From assembly GCA_050942615.1 (NCBI GenBank), contig JBMNNQ010000003.1:1-58489 (forward strand): a stretch of 58,489 nt of DNA, given 5' to 3'. Positions 15,279 to 24,853 of this stretch are shown here, piece by piece. The DNA comes from Dethiobacteria bacterium (GTDB taxonomy: Bacteria; Bacillota; Dethiobacteria; DTU022; UBA8154). Position 1 is the stretch's first letter, and each line of letters starts with the position of its first letter. The notes beneath the pieces are model-generated. The model was not told where the DNA came from. It did no database searches and saw only the letters and a list, made by a program, of their open reading frames with translations. The translations under genes were made by a program, and so were the position numbers.

Positions 15279-16886
15279 TTGAAAACCCTTTTTTTGTTGA
15301 TCGTTTGTTCATTTTTAGCCGGGGTGGCCATCAGCTATGTGCCTTTTTACCGGCAGCTTAAATTCCGCCTGCTTGCCGACTTCTTCAAAGGTGCGGTTGT
15401 GGCCTTGGCGGCACTTTTTTTGGTGGGGACACCCATGGCCTTGGTGACGGCCGGCTGCGGGTTGCTCTGCGCCACCCGCTGGTTCCCTTACCCCCGTGAA
15501 CATGAAAGAAAAATATACGGGTTGGCAGCCGGGCTGCTGCTCTTTATGGCCCCCGCTCTTTTCCTGCTGCTGCTGTTGTGGTGCCTGGCCCTGGGCCTGT
15601 TGCGGCATTCCTTTACAGAACAGCTCCTTGCTTCATTTTATCTGATGCTGCCGCTGCTGCTGTTTTTCACCGGCAAAAGCGATGTCTATATTCTTTTCAG
15701 CATCGTGCTTTTCAGCATTGTCCTGCTGGACAATTTTGAACAACTGGAAACCGGACTGCAGCAGATTTTAAACACCGGCCTGGAAAAACCCGGCGTTACG
15801 GCCACCCCCGGAGGGAAAACAAGCCCGGAAACAGGAACAGGCGCAAACACAACCTACGGGGCAATAAGGACAGTAAAGGCAACCCCTGGGGGTGAAATTG
15901 CCGGCAGCAGTCGAAAAAGAACAGGCTGCGCCGGTGAGCATACCAGCCTGGACCCCGCCCCCTGTAACAAAACCGGCGCCATGTTTTTAGCAGGCATAAA
16001 TTTTTTAGCAAGTAAAATTAGGGCTAAATACTGTTTGGTGAAGAAAAGCAGAAACAGGGCCGGCCGTTGCCAAACAAGCTGCCCCGGGACGGCCCCTGCA
16101 AACTGTTCCGGCAACAGTTCCGGTAACACCCCCTTGTTTTTCCGCCAACGCCTGCGTCGCCTGGCCTATGTTTTAGCCGCATTTTTACTGGTTTTTACTT
16201 TTTTTCTGAACCGTTACGTCTACCGGGGTTTTGGTATGCAGGTGGAACTTTTTCGTAAGGGGGCTGCGGACGCCCGCGTTGTAGCCCTCACTTTTGACGA
16301 TGGCCCTGACCCCCGCTTTACCCCGGATATTTTAAAGACCCTTGCTGCAGAAGATGTGAAGGCCACCTTTTTCATGGTGGGCAAACATGCAGAAAAATAC
16401 CCCCAGCTGGCCCGCCAGATAGCTGCGGCAGGACATGAAATTGGCAACCACACCTACAACCACGTCAATCTGCTGCAGATCCCTACGGAACGCATGGTTA
16501 TGGAAATAGAGCGTGGGGAAGAAGCTGTTTTTAATGCCACCCGCCAGCGCCCCTCCTTGTTCCGGCCCCCCCGGGGGCTCTACGATGCTAATTTGCTCAA
16601 GGAAACAAAGGACAGGGGCTATACCGTTATCCTCTGGTCGCTTTCCTCCCGGGATTGGCTGGAAATGCGCCCCCAGGATATTTCCCAGACGATCCTGCAA
16701 AAAGTTTCCCCCGGGGAAATTATTCTTTTCCATGACAGCGGCAACCTGATCCGCGCTGAAGGAGGGGATCGGCTGCCGACAGTACGTTCACTGCAAACAA
16801 TCATCCGGGGCTTAAAAAAAGAAGGTTATGACTTTGTGACCATCACTGAACTGCTTATTCTTTCCGGGTTAAGCGGTGATCTTTAG
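15279..16886 (+). CDS. Polysaccharide deacetylase (NodB homology domain) fused to an N-terminal multi-pass membrane region via a low-complexity linker
   Basis: 535-aa ORF with a TTG start behind GGAGGAAG. C-terminal NodB motifs: LTFDDGPDPRFTPDIL, ATFFMVG, GHEIGNHTYNH, LFRPPRG. The N-terminal 160 aa are hydrophobic. Residues about 165-300 are low complexity. Confidence 0.75.
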   Translation: MKTLFLLIVCSFLAGVAISYVPFYRQLKFRLLADFFKGAVVALAALFLVGTPMALVTAGCGLLCATRWFPYPREHERKIYGLAAGLLLFMAPALFLLLLLWCLALGLLRHSFTEQLLASFYLMLPLLLFFTGKSDVYILFSIVLFSIVLLDNFEQLETGLQQILNTGLEKPGVTATPGGKTSPETGTGANTTYGAIRTVKATPGGEIAGSSRKRTGCAGEHTSLDPAPCNKTGAMFLAGINFLASKIRAKYCLVKKSRNRAGRCQTSCPGTAPANCSGNSSGNTPLFFRQRLRRLAYVLAAFLLVFTFFLNRYVYRGFGMQVELFRKGAADARVVALTFDDGPDPRFTPDILKTLAAEDVKATFFMVGKHAEKYPQLARQIAAAGHEIGNHTYNHVNLLQIPTERMVMEIERGEEAVFNATRQRPSLFRPPRGLYDANLLKETKDRGYTVILWSLSSRDWLEMRPQDISQTILQKVSPGEIILFHDSGNLIRAEGGDRLPTVRSLQTIIRGLKKEGYDFVTITELLILSGLSGDL

Positions 16887-16893
16887 CAGCCGG

Positions 16894-17910
16894 CTAACGG
16901 TTTTGAATCATATCCTCGTTTCTTTCAACCGGTTCGTTTAGAATGGCGTGCTCAATGCTCATCGGCTCGCCATCAACTGTCATCTGTACACGCCGGATGT
17001 AGGAAAATTCGGTGAGCACATTAACAATAGAGTTAATTGTCATCGACTCGCCGGTGGCCCCGCCCCAGTGTTTGGTATGCATTTCCTCTGAAAAATCCGT
17101 ATGAGCAGTGCCGCCCATTATTTTTACACTGAGAACCTTAACCTCCGGTGGAATAGTCGGTTGCAGGTTTTTATTGTGGGGGCCCTTGATCAGTTCTTCC
17201 AACACAAGTTTAATCATCTCCTGACGGTTCGTTTCTGCCGGAAACGTGATTGTCCTGGTCTCCCCCACCAAAGCAGTAGCATCATGATTGCTAAAATATA
17301 GGACCACCTCTGCCTCTTCTTCCCGGGGTTTGACTTCAGCAGGAAAAGTCTCCATAAACCCCCGCGGCATCCCACCGGGACCCGTTAATTCTTCACCTTC
17401 CACCAATATTTTAACCTTCTTAACCGCTTCAAATTGCGTCAGGGTATTCACTACAGTGCCGACACCGATTACTTCTGCCATACTGCCGGCAAAGCGGTTA
17501 AATTCCTTGCTAAAATTGACCACCAGAGCCCCATTTTGTTCTATAGTCCCGTATACCCTGGTTTCCGGGGAAATATTGGCCCTGTACTGTTTTTTTTCCG
17601 GCCCCTTAATTAGTTCCTGCAGAACTACTGTATATTTATCTTCCCATTGCTGGTAAGAAAAACTGCGCTCCTCGGCTACAATTTTTTCGTTGCCATCGTT
17701 GCCATAATATAATTTTACAGTTTCTGTAATCGTTTGCGGTCGGGCCGTCCCCTGGTTTTCCCCACAGCCACCTAATACCATCCCTACTGCTATGAGCAAC
17801 ACCAGGGCCTTCCCAAAATAATTTTTCAGATCTGCCACCCCCTCTAAATGTTTGTTCCAAGCGATAAAGTTTCTATTGATTATTTTTTCCCCAGACCGGA
17901 ATTTTATCAA
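16894..17910 (-). CDS. gerM: GerM-like sporulation/germination lipoprotein (two Germane domains)
   Basis: 338-aa maximal ORF. Lipobox LLIAVGMVLGGCG. Two repeated units: VLQELIKGPE...ISPETRVYG...NFSKEF...VNTLTQFEAVKKVKILVEG and VLEELIKGPH...IPPEVKVLS...DFSEEM...VNVLTEFSYIRRVQMTVDG. The true start is probably near 17830. Confidence 0.75.
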   Translation of the reverse strand: MIKFRSGEKIINRNFIAWNKHLEGVADLKNYFGKALVLLIAVGMVLGGCGENQGTARPQTITETVKLYYGNDGNEKIVAEERSFSYQQWEDKYTVVLQELIKGPEKKQYRANISPETRVYGTIEQNGALVVNFSKEFNRFAGSMAEVIGVGTVVNTLTQFEAVKKVKILVEGEELTGPGGMPRGFMETFPAEVKPREEEAEVVLYFSNHDATALVGETRTITFPAETNRQEMIKLVLEELIKGPHNKNLQPTIPPEVKVLSVKIMGGTAHTDFSEEMHTKHWGGATGESMTINSIVNVLTEFSYIRRVQMTVDGEPMSIEHAILNEPVERNEDMIQNR

Positions 17911-17940
17911 TTAATAAAACTACTGGCCCGGCAGCTGTGG

Positions 17941-18348
17941 CTAGGCATTTTCCTTTTCCCGGGTTTGTTTTGCCAAATTCCCGAGGTATAGCCTTCTTTT
18001 TCTTTGTGTCAGCCAGTTATCGAGCAGATAGCGGCGCATGACGGCTAAATTTTGGAAAATTCGCACCCCGAAGGCAAACACAGCCGCATAGTAAATTTCC
18101 AGCCCCAGGCGATCACCCAGATAGGTAAAGGCAGCCGCTAAAAGGGCGTTAAAAAAGAACCCGCTCAGAAAAATAACCGGGTCAAAGTGATGTTCCATAT
18201 TAGCACGCAAACCACCAAAAACCGAATCAAGGGAGGCCATGATGGCCACCGCCATGTAACGTGCGTAGGCTACCGGAAAGGTAAAAGGAAAAATAAGGCC
18301 TAAAATCACGCCTGCCAGGATGCCGAACAGAGGCAGAAAAACTGTCAC
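17941..18348 (-). CDS. Small basic membrane protein (DUF1290, Sbp family)
   Basis: 135-aa ORF. MTVFLPLFGILAGVILG...AIMASLDSVFGGLRA...LGLEIYYAAVFAFGVRIFQNLAVMRRYLL matches the Sbp/DUF1290 pattern. It lies directly downstream of a DUF881 gene, as in other Firmicutes. Confidence 0.7.
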   Translation of the reverse strand: MTVFLPLFGILAGVILGLIFPFTFPVAYARYMAVAIMASLDSVFGGLRANMEHHFDPVIFLSGFFFNALLAAAFTYLGDRLGLEIYYAAVFAFGVRIFQNLAVMRRYLLDNWLTQRKRRLYLGNLAKQTREKENA

Positions 18349-18439
18349 TGGTTTTTTCCCCTCCCGCCGGCCGGACCAACACCGTTTAGACCGGCACCGT
18401 TTAATATCTTAGAAGGCAGCAGTACCACAATAACAGTCA

Positions 18440-19153
18440 TTATTCTTTTTCCTCCTCCGTTACCGGCCGGGCGTGTTTGAAAACAGGGCTGCCAACATAG
18501 GCAGGCAACGTAAGGTCATCCACTTTTTCGATTTGAATCTGAATCCCCCAAAATGAAAAAGTGTCCATAATGCCACCGCGCATGTGCAGGGATGAATCCA
18601 GTGCCTCGGGGGAACCCAAGGCCTGTATAACATAAGGCGGTGCAATACGCGTATTATTGACAGAAATTGTGGGGCCGGCACAGCGTATTTCAGTAGAGGC
18701 CACCACCCGCTGTTCGTTAATGGCAACTGCTTCTGCCCCGGCAGCCTTTAACTCGTTGACCAGTTTCAGCAAATCTTCATCATGAATTAAAAACAGATTG
18801 GGATCCTGCCCGGCCTGAACTGTGCGGGTGCTGTCATCAAGCGTGACGATGATTCCCGGGCCCTGCAGGGCGGTGTAACCGGCAGCCATCCTGATTACCT
18901 TTAATTCTTCCTGAATCTTATCTGTGGGATTCCGGGCGCTGAGCAGATCATTAATCTGCACTGTCAGTTTATGCACCTGCGAACGCAGCGCGTCCCGTTC
19001 TTCTTCTGCTTGTTTGAGCAATCCGGTCATCTCTTCCAGCCTTTTGGTGGGGAGGTCACTGCTGATGCCGGCCTGTGTCCGAAACTGTGCGGTAAGGGTA
19101 AGCCCCAGGATAATACAGACCAGGGTAATCCAAATCAGATTGTTGCGTTTCAA
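18440..19153 (-). CDS. DUF881 family protein (YlxW/YlxX-like, cell-division-cluster associated)
   Basis: The ORF is open to 19168. TTG at 19153 sits 6-7 nt after GGAGGTG. One TM segment is followed by a coiled coil. Motifs ALQGPGIIVTLDD...FLIHDEDLLKLVNELKAAGAEAVAINEQRV...GPTISVNNTRIAPPYVIQALG are present. Confidence 0.75.
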   Translation of the reverse strand: MKRNNLIWITLVCIILGLTLTAQFRTQAGISSDLPTKRLEEMTGLLKQAEEERDALRSQVHKLTVQINDLLSARNPTDKIQEELKVIRMAAGYTALQGPGIIVTLDDSTRTVQAGQDPNLFLIHDEDLLKLVNELKAAGAEAVAINEQRVVASTEIRCAGPTISVNNTRIAPPYVIQALGSPEALDSSLHMRGGIMDTFSFWGIQIQIEKVDDLTLPAYVGSPVFKHARPVTEEEKE

Positions 19154-19551
19154 AAGGCCCACCTCCACTCTGCATTTTTTGCCCAGGCCCGGGCAACCCG
19201 GGTTACCTCTATAATTCTGTTGCCGTTTCCAGCCCTGTAAGGGCGGGCAGTTTTTTCAACCTCATTAGATTGTTATAATTATAACATACATTCCTGTTCT
19301 CAACAGCAGGCCGCTGCTGGCAATATCTGTCCCCAATACTTAAGCTTGCGATCCGCCCACATTCTGCAGGCAATAACCAAATTAAAATTAACCCCTATTA
19401 TTATCCGTCCCCCCGGCGGAAAACACCGTATTAATAAAATATCCGGCCGTGGCCGGAAAAGAAGGTAAATATAAATAAAAAACCGTTATTTTTTTGCTTT
19501 CTGTTTCGGAAACAATATCAACATGAAACAAAATGTTATTTTAAAAGGCGG

Positions 19552-19836
19552 TTATTTTTTAACTTCCTGTTTACAGTTAAACAGTTCTGCCGTTTCCCTG
19601 GTACCGGAATATAGGCCCACGGCGCTCAGGCCTAGAACCAAACCGACGATCAACGCTTCATACCAGGTATTTTGGTTAAAATAATGATACCCCAGTGAAA
19701 TCAGCAACCCTAAGAGCACAGCTAAAAGTGGACAGTATTTTTCCTTAACCCCCAGCCCTTTGGATAGCTGTACCAAGCCCATGATGATAGCGATGGCTGA
19801 GGCACCCCCCACCATTTCCATACCGGTCACAAACAC
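19552..19836 (-). CDS. Small membrane protein, holin-like topology
   Basis: 94-aa ORF behind GGGAGGGG, with several possible starts (19836, 19830, 19821). It has two to three TM helices and a charged C-terminal tail (FNCKQEVKK). The holin resemblance is topological only. Confidence 0.3.
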   Translation of the reverse strand: MFVTGMEMVGGASAIAIIMGLVQLSKGLGVKEKYCPLLAVLLGLLISLGYHYFNQNTWYEALIVGLVLGLSAVGLYSGTRETAELFNCKQEVKK

Positions 19837-19875
19837 CCCTCCCTATGCGAAAAGCTGTTTGTACCAGGTTATGCC

Positions 19876-20043
19876 CTACTGTTTCTTTTTGTTCGTCTTT
19901 TCCGGCACAGCCGGGGGGGCAGCTTCAGCTTCAGCCAGCTTTTGGCAGGCGGGGCAGAGCACGCGGCTGACGCCCCCCTTATAAAGCAGGCAATCCCCTT
20001 CTGTTTTTCTCCCGCAGCGCAGACAAGCTTGCCAACCTAACAT
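19876..20043 (-). CDS. Unlisted small zinc-ribbon protein (55 aa)
   Basis: Hand translation gives MLGWQACLRCGRKTEGDCLLYKGGVSRVLCPACQKLAEAEAAPPAVPEKTNKKKQ*. ATG at 20043 follows GGAAGGAAGG by about 10 nt. It has a CxxC...CxxC pattern and a basic tail. It falls below the 60-aa cutoff of the ORF track. Confidence 0.5.
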   Translation of the reverse strand: MLGWQACLRCGRKTEGDCLLYKGGVSRVLCPACQKLAEAEAAPPAVPEKTNKKKQ

Positions 20044-20072
20044 GATATCCTGCCTTCCTTCCCTGATTTAGT

Positions 20073-23000
20073 TCATTCCTTAGGTCCCAATTCTTCTAAA
20101 ATCCGGATTAAAAATTGCAGGGACTGCTTTTCAGTACCCTGGAAACCCTTGACTTTCAGGGCAACGGCCTTGCCGGCAAAAAGGGAAAGGTTGCGCCGGT
20201 GTTGGTGTACCAATTGCCACAGCGCCTCGCTTTGAAAAACCCTACCCTGTTCAAATTTAATGTTTAGGTCGTTTTTTTGCTGTTCAATACTTTCCACACC
20301 ATTTACCCGTGCCAACTGGCGCAAACGCACCGCCAACAGCAGATTTTCAACCGGCGGCTGCAATTTCCCAAAACGATCTTCTAATTCCAATTCCATATCC
20401 TGCAGTTCCTCTTTGTTTTCCAAAGTGGCAATCCGGCGGTAAAGTTCTATTTTTTGCTGCTGGTTGGATACATAAGAAGAAGGCAGGTAGGCGTTAACCC
20501 TCAAATCAATTTTTACCGCCGCCTGCAGTGGGGCCGTAAGCGACTGTTCCGGCTGCCCTTTCATCCTGGCAATGGACTGTTCCAACAAACGGCAATAGAG
20601 TTCATAACCGACAGCCATCATTGAACCGTGCTGTTCCGGTCCCAAAAGGTTGCCGGCCCCCCTGATTTCCAAATCCCGCAGTGCAATCTTAAAACCAGAA
20701 CCCAAGTCTGTAAATTCCTTGATCGCCTGCAATCTTTTTACAGCATCCTCGGACATAATCCTGTCTTTTTTATAGGTAAGGTAACAGTAAGCCAGGCGGT
20801 TGGAACGCCCCACCCGCCCCCTGAGCTGGTAAAGCTGGGCCAGACCAAAATAATCGGCAGCATAGACGACCATGGTGTTAACATTGGGGATATCCAACCC
20901 GGCTTCTACAATGGTGGTACTGACCAGAATATCGTACTCCCGCTGCAAAAATTTGTGCATCACCTTTTCCAATTCCTGTTCGGGCATCTGGCCGTGGGCC
21001 ATGATAATTCTGGCCCGCGGGAGCAGTTTTTGCAGTCTGGCTACCCATTTGCCAATCGTCTGCACACGGTTATAGATAAAATAAATCTGACCATTGCGGT
21101 TCAACTCCCTTTGAATCGCTTCTTTAATCAGGTTGGGCGAATATTCAACCACGTAGGTTTGAATCGGGTAGCGGTTTTCCGGGGGCGTATCGATCACACT
21201 CAGATCCCGGGCACCGGAAAGGGCCATATGCAGTGTGCGGGGAATGGGCGTGGCCGTCATACTTAAAACGTCCACCTCCTGGCGGATCATCTTCAACTTT
21301 TCCTTGTGGCGGACCCCAAAACGGTGTTCTTCGTCTATAATCAACAGGCCCAAGTCCCGAAAAGCAATATCCTTGGAAAAAAGCCTGTGTGTCCCAACTA
21401 CAACATCAACCACCCCGGCTTTTAGTTCGCGAATCACCTTTTTTTGTTCCCCGGGACTGCGAAAACGGCTTAAGAGTTCAATTTTTACAGGAAAACCCTG
21501 AAAACGTTCTTTAAAATTTTCATAATGCTGCTGCGCCAAAATAGTTGTCGGTACTAAAAAAGCCACCTGTTTGCTGTCCAGCACTGCCTTAAAAGCCGCC
21601 CGCAGGGCCACCTCCGTCTTGCCATAACCGACATCGCCGCATAGCAGCCGATCCATAGGGCGGTTGCGTTCCATATCGGTTTTAACATCCTGGATCGCCC
21701 GCAGTTGATCCGGCGTTTCCTCGTAAGGAAAGCGCTCCTCAAATTCGCCCTGCCAGGGATGTTCGGCAGAAAAGGCATAGCCGGTTACCGCTTCCCGGGC
21801 AGCATAAAGGGAAAGCAGTTCGCGGGCCAAGTCCTGCACTGAGGTTTGCACCCGTTTTTTGACACGGGCCCATTCCTGCCCGCCCAAAGAGGAAATTTTG
21901 GGACGCCGCCCTTCGCCGCCGATATACCTGCGCAAGACATCAATCTGTTCTACAGGCAGGTAAAGCTTATCTTCACCGGCATACTTGATGTAAAGGTAGT
22001 CGCGGGTAACCCCGTTGACCTCCATGGTGCGAATGCCCATATACCTGCCGATCCCATGCTGTTCATGAACAACCAGGTCGCCGCCTTTAATTTCCTGGAA
22101 TTCCCGCAGCGAACTCTTTTCCTTCGTCGTTGTCCATCTTCTTTTTTTCCGCTGCGCCGGTAATATTTCCTTGTCCACTAAGACGACCAGGCGCAAAGAA
22201 GGGATCTCAAACCCGTTTTCCAGTCGCCCGGTAATAAATTTAATCTGTTGACCCGGGCCCTGTTCCCGGGAAAAATAGGCCTCCAGTTCTTGTTCGGCAA
22301 AAAGTTGCTGCAGCGCAACAGCCCTTTTTTCTTGATCACAGACGGTAAAAACCGTATAACCCCCTGACCACCAATGTTTTAATTCATCCCGCAGGAGGTT
22401 CAGGCGGCCCATAAATGAAGGCACCGGGCGAGCCTGAAAATTGACAACTTCTGCAGCCCTCACCAGTGGCAGATGGCGGGAAAAAGCAGTCAGCGCCACA
22501 ATTTTCAAAGTATTTTTCTTAAATATTTCTTCCATTGTCCAAAAAATCTGCACCTGGCGGGGCAAAATATCACCCTGCAGCAATAGTTCAGCCTGGTAGC
22601 CCTGCAGCTCCTTCAAAAGTTCTTCTCCCGCAGCAGCCCCTTTTTCAGGTTCATCCCAAAAAAGAAGCCCTTCGGCAGGGAAATAATCGAGAAGCATGGC
22701 CGGCTCAGGGTAAAAATAGGCAATATATTGTTCAATTCCTTCAAAGTAACCGTTGTTCCTAAGCTGAACAAGGTAATTTTCCACCCTGGTACGCAGCCTG
22801 TCTGCTGCTTTTTCCTTGTGATCATTTTTTAGTTGCCGGGTGGCTTTTTCCATTTCCGCCGTAAGCGCTTTTATGCCTTTTTGCATAGCAGCTTCATTTA
22901 AAAGAATTTCACGCGCCGGCAAAAGGTTAAAGGCCGTGATAGTCTCCCGCGAACGCTGGCTTTCCGCATCAAAATAACGGATTGTTTCCACTTCTTCGTC

Positions 23001-23594
23001 AAAAAAAGAGAGCCGCAGGGGATGGGGGGTATAAAAAGGAAAAACATCCACAATGTCCCCCCGGACACTAAAGAAACCCTCACTTTCCGTCAGCTCTGCC
23101 CGTTCATAACCCATTTTTGCAAGCCTTTTTAAAAACTCTTCCCAGTTAACCTTTTGACCCACGCCAATTGTAAAGAGCTGCTCCTGCCAGGTTTTTACCG
23201 GGGTCAGTTTATTTAAAACAGCGGCCACCGGGGCAACAACGGTGGTACGTTTCCCCAAGGCCAGTCTTTCCAAAACCTTGAGACGCTGCTGCAAAATTTC
23301 TTTGCTTTGGGTTAATACTTCATCGGCATAAAAAAAATCCTTTCCCGGAAACAGGTAAACATCCCCTGCCGGTAAAAATGCCTGAATCTCTTCATAAAGC
23401 CTTTCCGCCCTGGCCATATCGCTGGTCAAAACCAGGGCTGGCAGGGTAGTACTGTCAGAAAGGGCTGCAATAAAAAAGCTGCTCTGGGAACCTTCCAAGC
23501 CGGTTACCAGCTGGGTACCAGACTTTTCCAAAGACCCCCGGAGGGAAACAAAAGAATGATCTTCCCGCCATTTTTCCAACAGAAGAGCATGCAA
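20073..23594 (-). CDS. mfd: Transcription-repair coupling factor Mfd
   Basis: 1173-aa ORF. UvrB-homology N-terminus. RNAP-interaction/CarD-like region (GDLVVHEQHGIGRY). SF2 translocase motifs (LLCGDVGYGKTEVA, DEEHRFGV, LSMTATPIPRTL, QLYQLRGRVGRS). TRG and C-terminal D7 region. Confidence 0.97.
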   Translation of the reverse strand: MHALLLEKWREDHSFVSLRGSLEKSGTQLVTGLEGSQSSFFIAALSDSTTLPALVLTSDMARAERLYEEIQAFLPAGDVYLFPGKDFFYADEVLTQSKEILQQRLKVLERLALGKRTTVVAPVAAVLNKLTPVKTWQEQLFTIGVGQKVNWEEFLKRLAKMGYERAELTESEGFFSVRGDIVDVFPFYTPHPLRLSFFDEEVETIRYFDAESQRSRETITAFNLLPAREILLNEAAMQKGIKALTAEMEKATRQLKNDHKEKAADRLRTRVENYLVQLRNNGYFEGIEQYIAYFYPEPAMLLDYFPAEGLLFWDEPEKGAAAGEELLKELQGYQAELLLQGDILPRQVQIFWTMEEIFKKNTLKIVALTAFSRHLPLVRAAEVVNFQARPVPSFMGRLNLLRDELKHWWSGGYTVFTVCDQEKRAVALQQLFAEQELEAYFSREQGPGQQIKFITGRLENGFEIPSLRLVVLVDKEILPAQRKKRRWTTTKEKSSLREFQEIKGGDLVVHEQHGIGRYMGIRTMEVNGVTRDYLYIKYAGEDKLYLPVEQIDVLRRYIGGEGRRPKISSLGGQEWARVKKRVQTSVQDLARELLSLYAAREAVTGYAFSAEHPWQGEFEERFPYEETPDQLRAIQDVKTDMERNRPMDRLLCGDVGYGKTEVALRAAFKAVLDSKQVAFLVPTTILAQQHYENFKERFQGFPVKIELLSRFRSPGEQKKVIRELKAGVVDVVVGTHRLFSKDIAFRDLGLLIIDEEHRFGVRHKEKLKMIRQEVDVLSMTATPIPRTLHMALSGARDLSVIDTPPENRYPIQTYVVEYSPNLIKEAIQRELNRNGQIYFIYNRVQTIGKWVARLQKLLPRARIIMAHGQMPEQELEKVMHKFLQREYDILVSTTIVEAGLDIPNVNTMVVYAADYFGLAQLYQLRGRVGRSNRLAYCYLTYKKDRIMSEDAVKRLQAIKEFTDLGSGFKIALRDLEIRGAGNLLGPEQHGSMMAVGYELYCRLLEQSIARMKGQPEQSLTAPLQAAVKIDLRVNAYLPSSYVSNQQQKIELYRRIATLENKEELQDMELELEDRFGKLQPPVENLLLAVRLRQLARVNGVESIEQQKNDLNIKFEQGRVFQSEALWQLVHQHRRNLSLFAGKAVALKVKGFQGTEKQSLQFLIRILEELGPKE

Positions 23595-23748
23595 TCCTTA
23601 AAACCCCCTACAAATAAAAATAAACCAGAAAAGACTTTAGCCTTAGTTCCCGACTGAAAGGCCAAAGTCTGGTCCTGTAATGTGAGGCCCCAATTCCCAA
23701 CAATTTAGCAAAAAAACCTGGATGGTGGTTGCCTTTTTTTCTCAATTA

Positions 23749-23997
23749 TTATTCATCAACAGGTCTGCCGGCGTTCAACTGCTTTTCAAGACAGGTAGAA
23801 CAAAGGGAATAGAGCAGTAGGCCCTGTTCATCATTGTATTTTATTATATCTTCCCGCACTGTGCGCCTCAATGTATGCAAGCCCAACTCTTCTGCCTGCA
23901 CACCGGCCAGCTCTATTGTTTCCAGCGGTTCACCGCAGATATCACAAATATAGGTTACCTTCACCGTCAATGCACCCTTGTTATCAAAAATGCCCAA
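23749..23997 (-). CDS. fin: Anti-sigma-F factor Fin (YabK family)
   Basis: 82-aa ORF with paired CxxC motifs (YICDICGE...SLCSTCLE). It sits between pth and mfd, exactly as B. subtilis yabK/fin does. Confidence 0.65.
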   Translation of the reverse strand: MGIFDNKGALTVKVTYICDICGEPLETIELAGVQAEELGLHTLRRTVREDIIKYNDEQGLLLYSLCSTCLEKQLNAGRPVDE

Positions 23998-24229
23998 AAA
24001 GTCACAATGCGAAATCTGCTTCTATTCTAGCACCCGCACAGAGAAAATATACCGGCAAGTCCCGGCCGGCAGGCTCTTAAACAGAGGGCAGGCAGTTATA
24101 GGCCTGCCGAAAAACCCCGTCACCCTTAGACAATAATAAAAAAGTGTGCAGTACAAAACAGGTGTCTGTACCTGTTAATAAAAAAATTACAATTTTTTAC
24201 GTGTCGGGTGGGTAATTCCTGTTTGTTTG

Positions 24230-24829
24230 CTAGCCTGATCCTTCGTTTTCATCATTTTCAACAAATTGGGCATTGTACCTGTTCATCGCTGCCGCCAGGC
24301 CCCGGGCCAAAAATGTTTCTGCAGCATCGGCGGCCAGTTCTACCGTTTTTAATATGCTTTTTTCCTGGTCAGCGGTAAAAGGTGCAAGTACATAATCCAC
24401 CCCGTTTTCTGCCCCTTCAGCAGGGCGGCCGATACCCAGGCGTAAACGGGCAAACTGATCGTTTCCTACAAAAGTGAGCACCGAAGACATCCCCCGGTGC
24501 CCGCCGCTGCCGCCTTTGGAACGCAGTCGCAGCCGGCCCGGGGGAAGATCAAGATCATCGTAGACAACTAACAACTTTTCCGGTTGCAGGGCATAAAATT
24601 GCAAAAGATCGCGCACTGCCCTGCCGCTGCGGTTCATATAGGTTAAAGGCTTGGCCAGAACAACCCTTTTCCCGGCAAGCATAACCTGGGCCACCAGAGA
24701 CCGGCAGCATTCCTTTTCCAGGTTTACCCCGGCACGGCCGGCCAGCACATCAATAACCCAAAACCCGACGTTATGCCGCGTGAGGGCGTACTGCATCCCC
24801 GGATTTCCCAGGCCGACAATTAAAAACAA
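24230..24829 (-). CDS. pth: Peptidyl-tRNA hydrolase
   Basis: 199-aa ORF. Motifs: MFLIVGLGNPG..Y..TRHNVGF, KPLTYMNRSG, VVYDDLDLPPGRLRLRSKGGSGGH. Confidence 0.95.
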   Translation of the reverse strand: MFLIVGLGNPGMQYALTRHNVGFWVIDVLAGRAGVNLEKECCRSLVAQVMLAGKRVVLAKPLTYMNRSGRAVRDLLQFYALQPEKLLVVYDDLDLPPGRLRLRSKGGSGGHRGMSSVLTFVGNDQFARLRLGIGRPAEGAENGVDYVLAPFTADQEKSILKTVELAADAAETFLARGLAAAMNRYNAQFVENDENEGSG

Positions 24830-24853
24830 GGCGTTCCACCTCGGAAAATAGAT

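Noticed and set aside
20628-21266. 212-aa ORF antisense within mfd (and similar antisense ORFs at 21846-22163, 44797-45531, 51163-51711, 51764-52345)
   Set aside because: Each lies entirely inside a high-confidence conserved gene on the opposite strand. They have no RBS or motifs and are typical GC-rich shadow ORFs.
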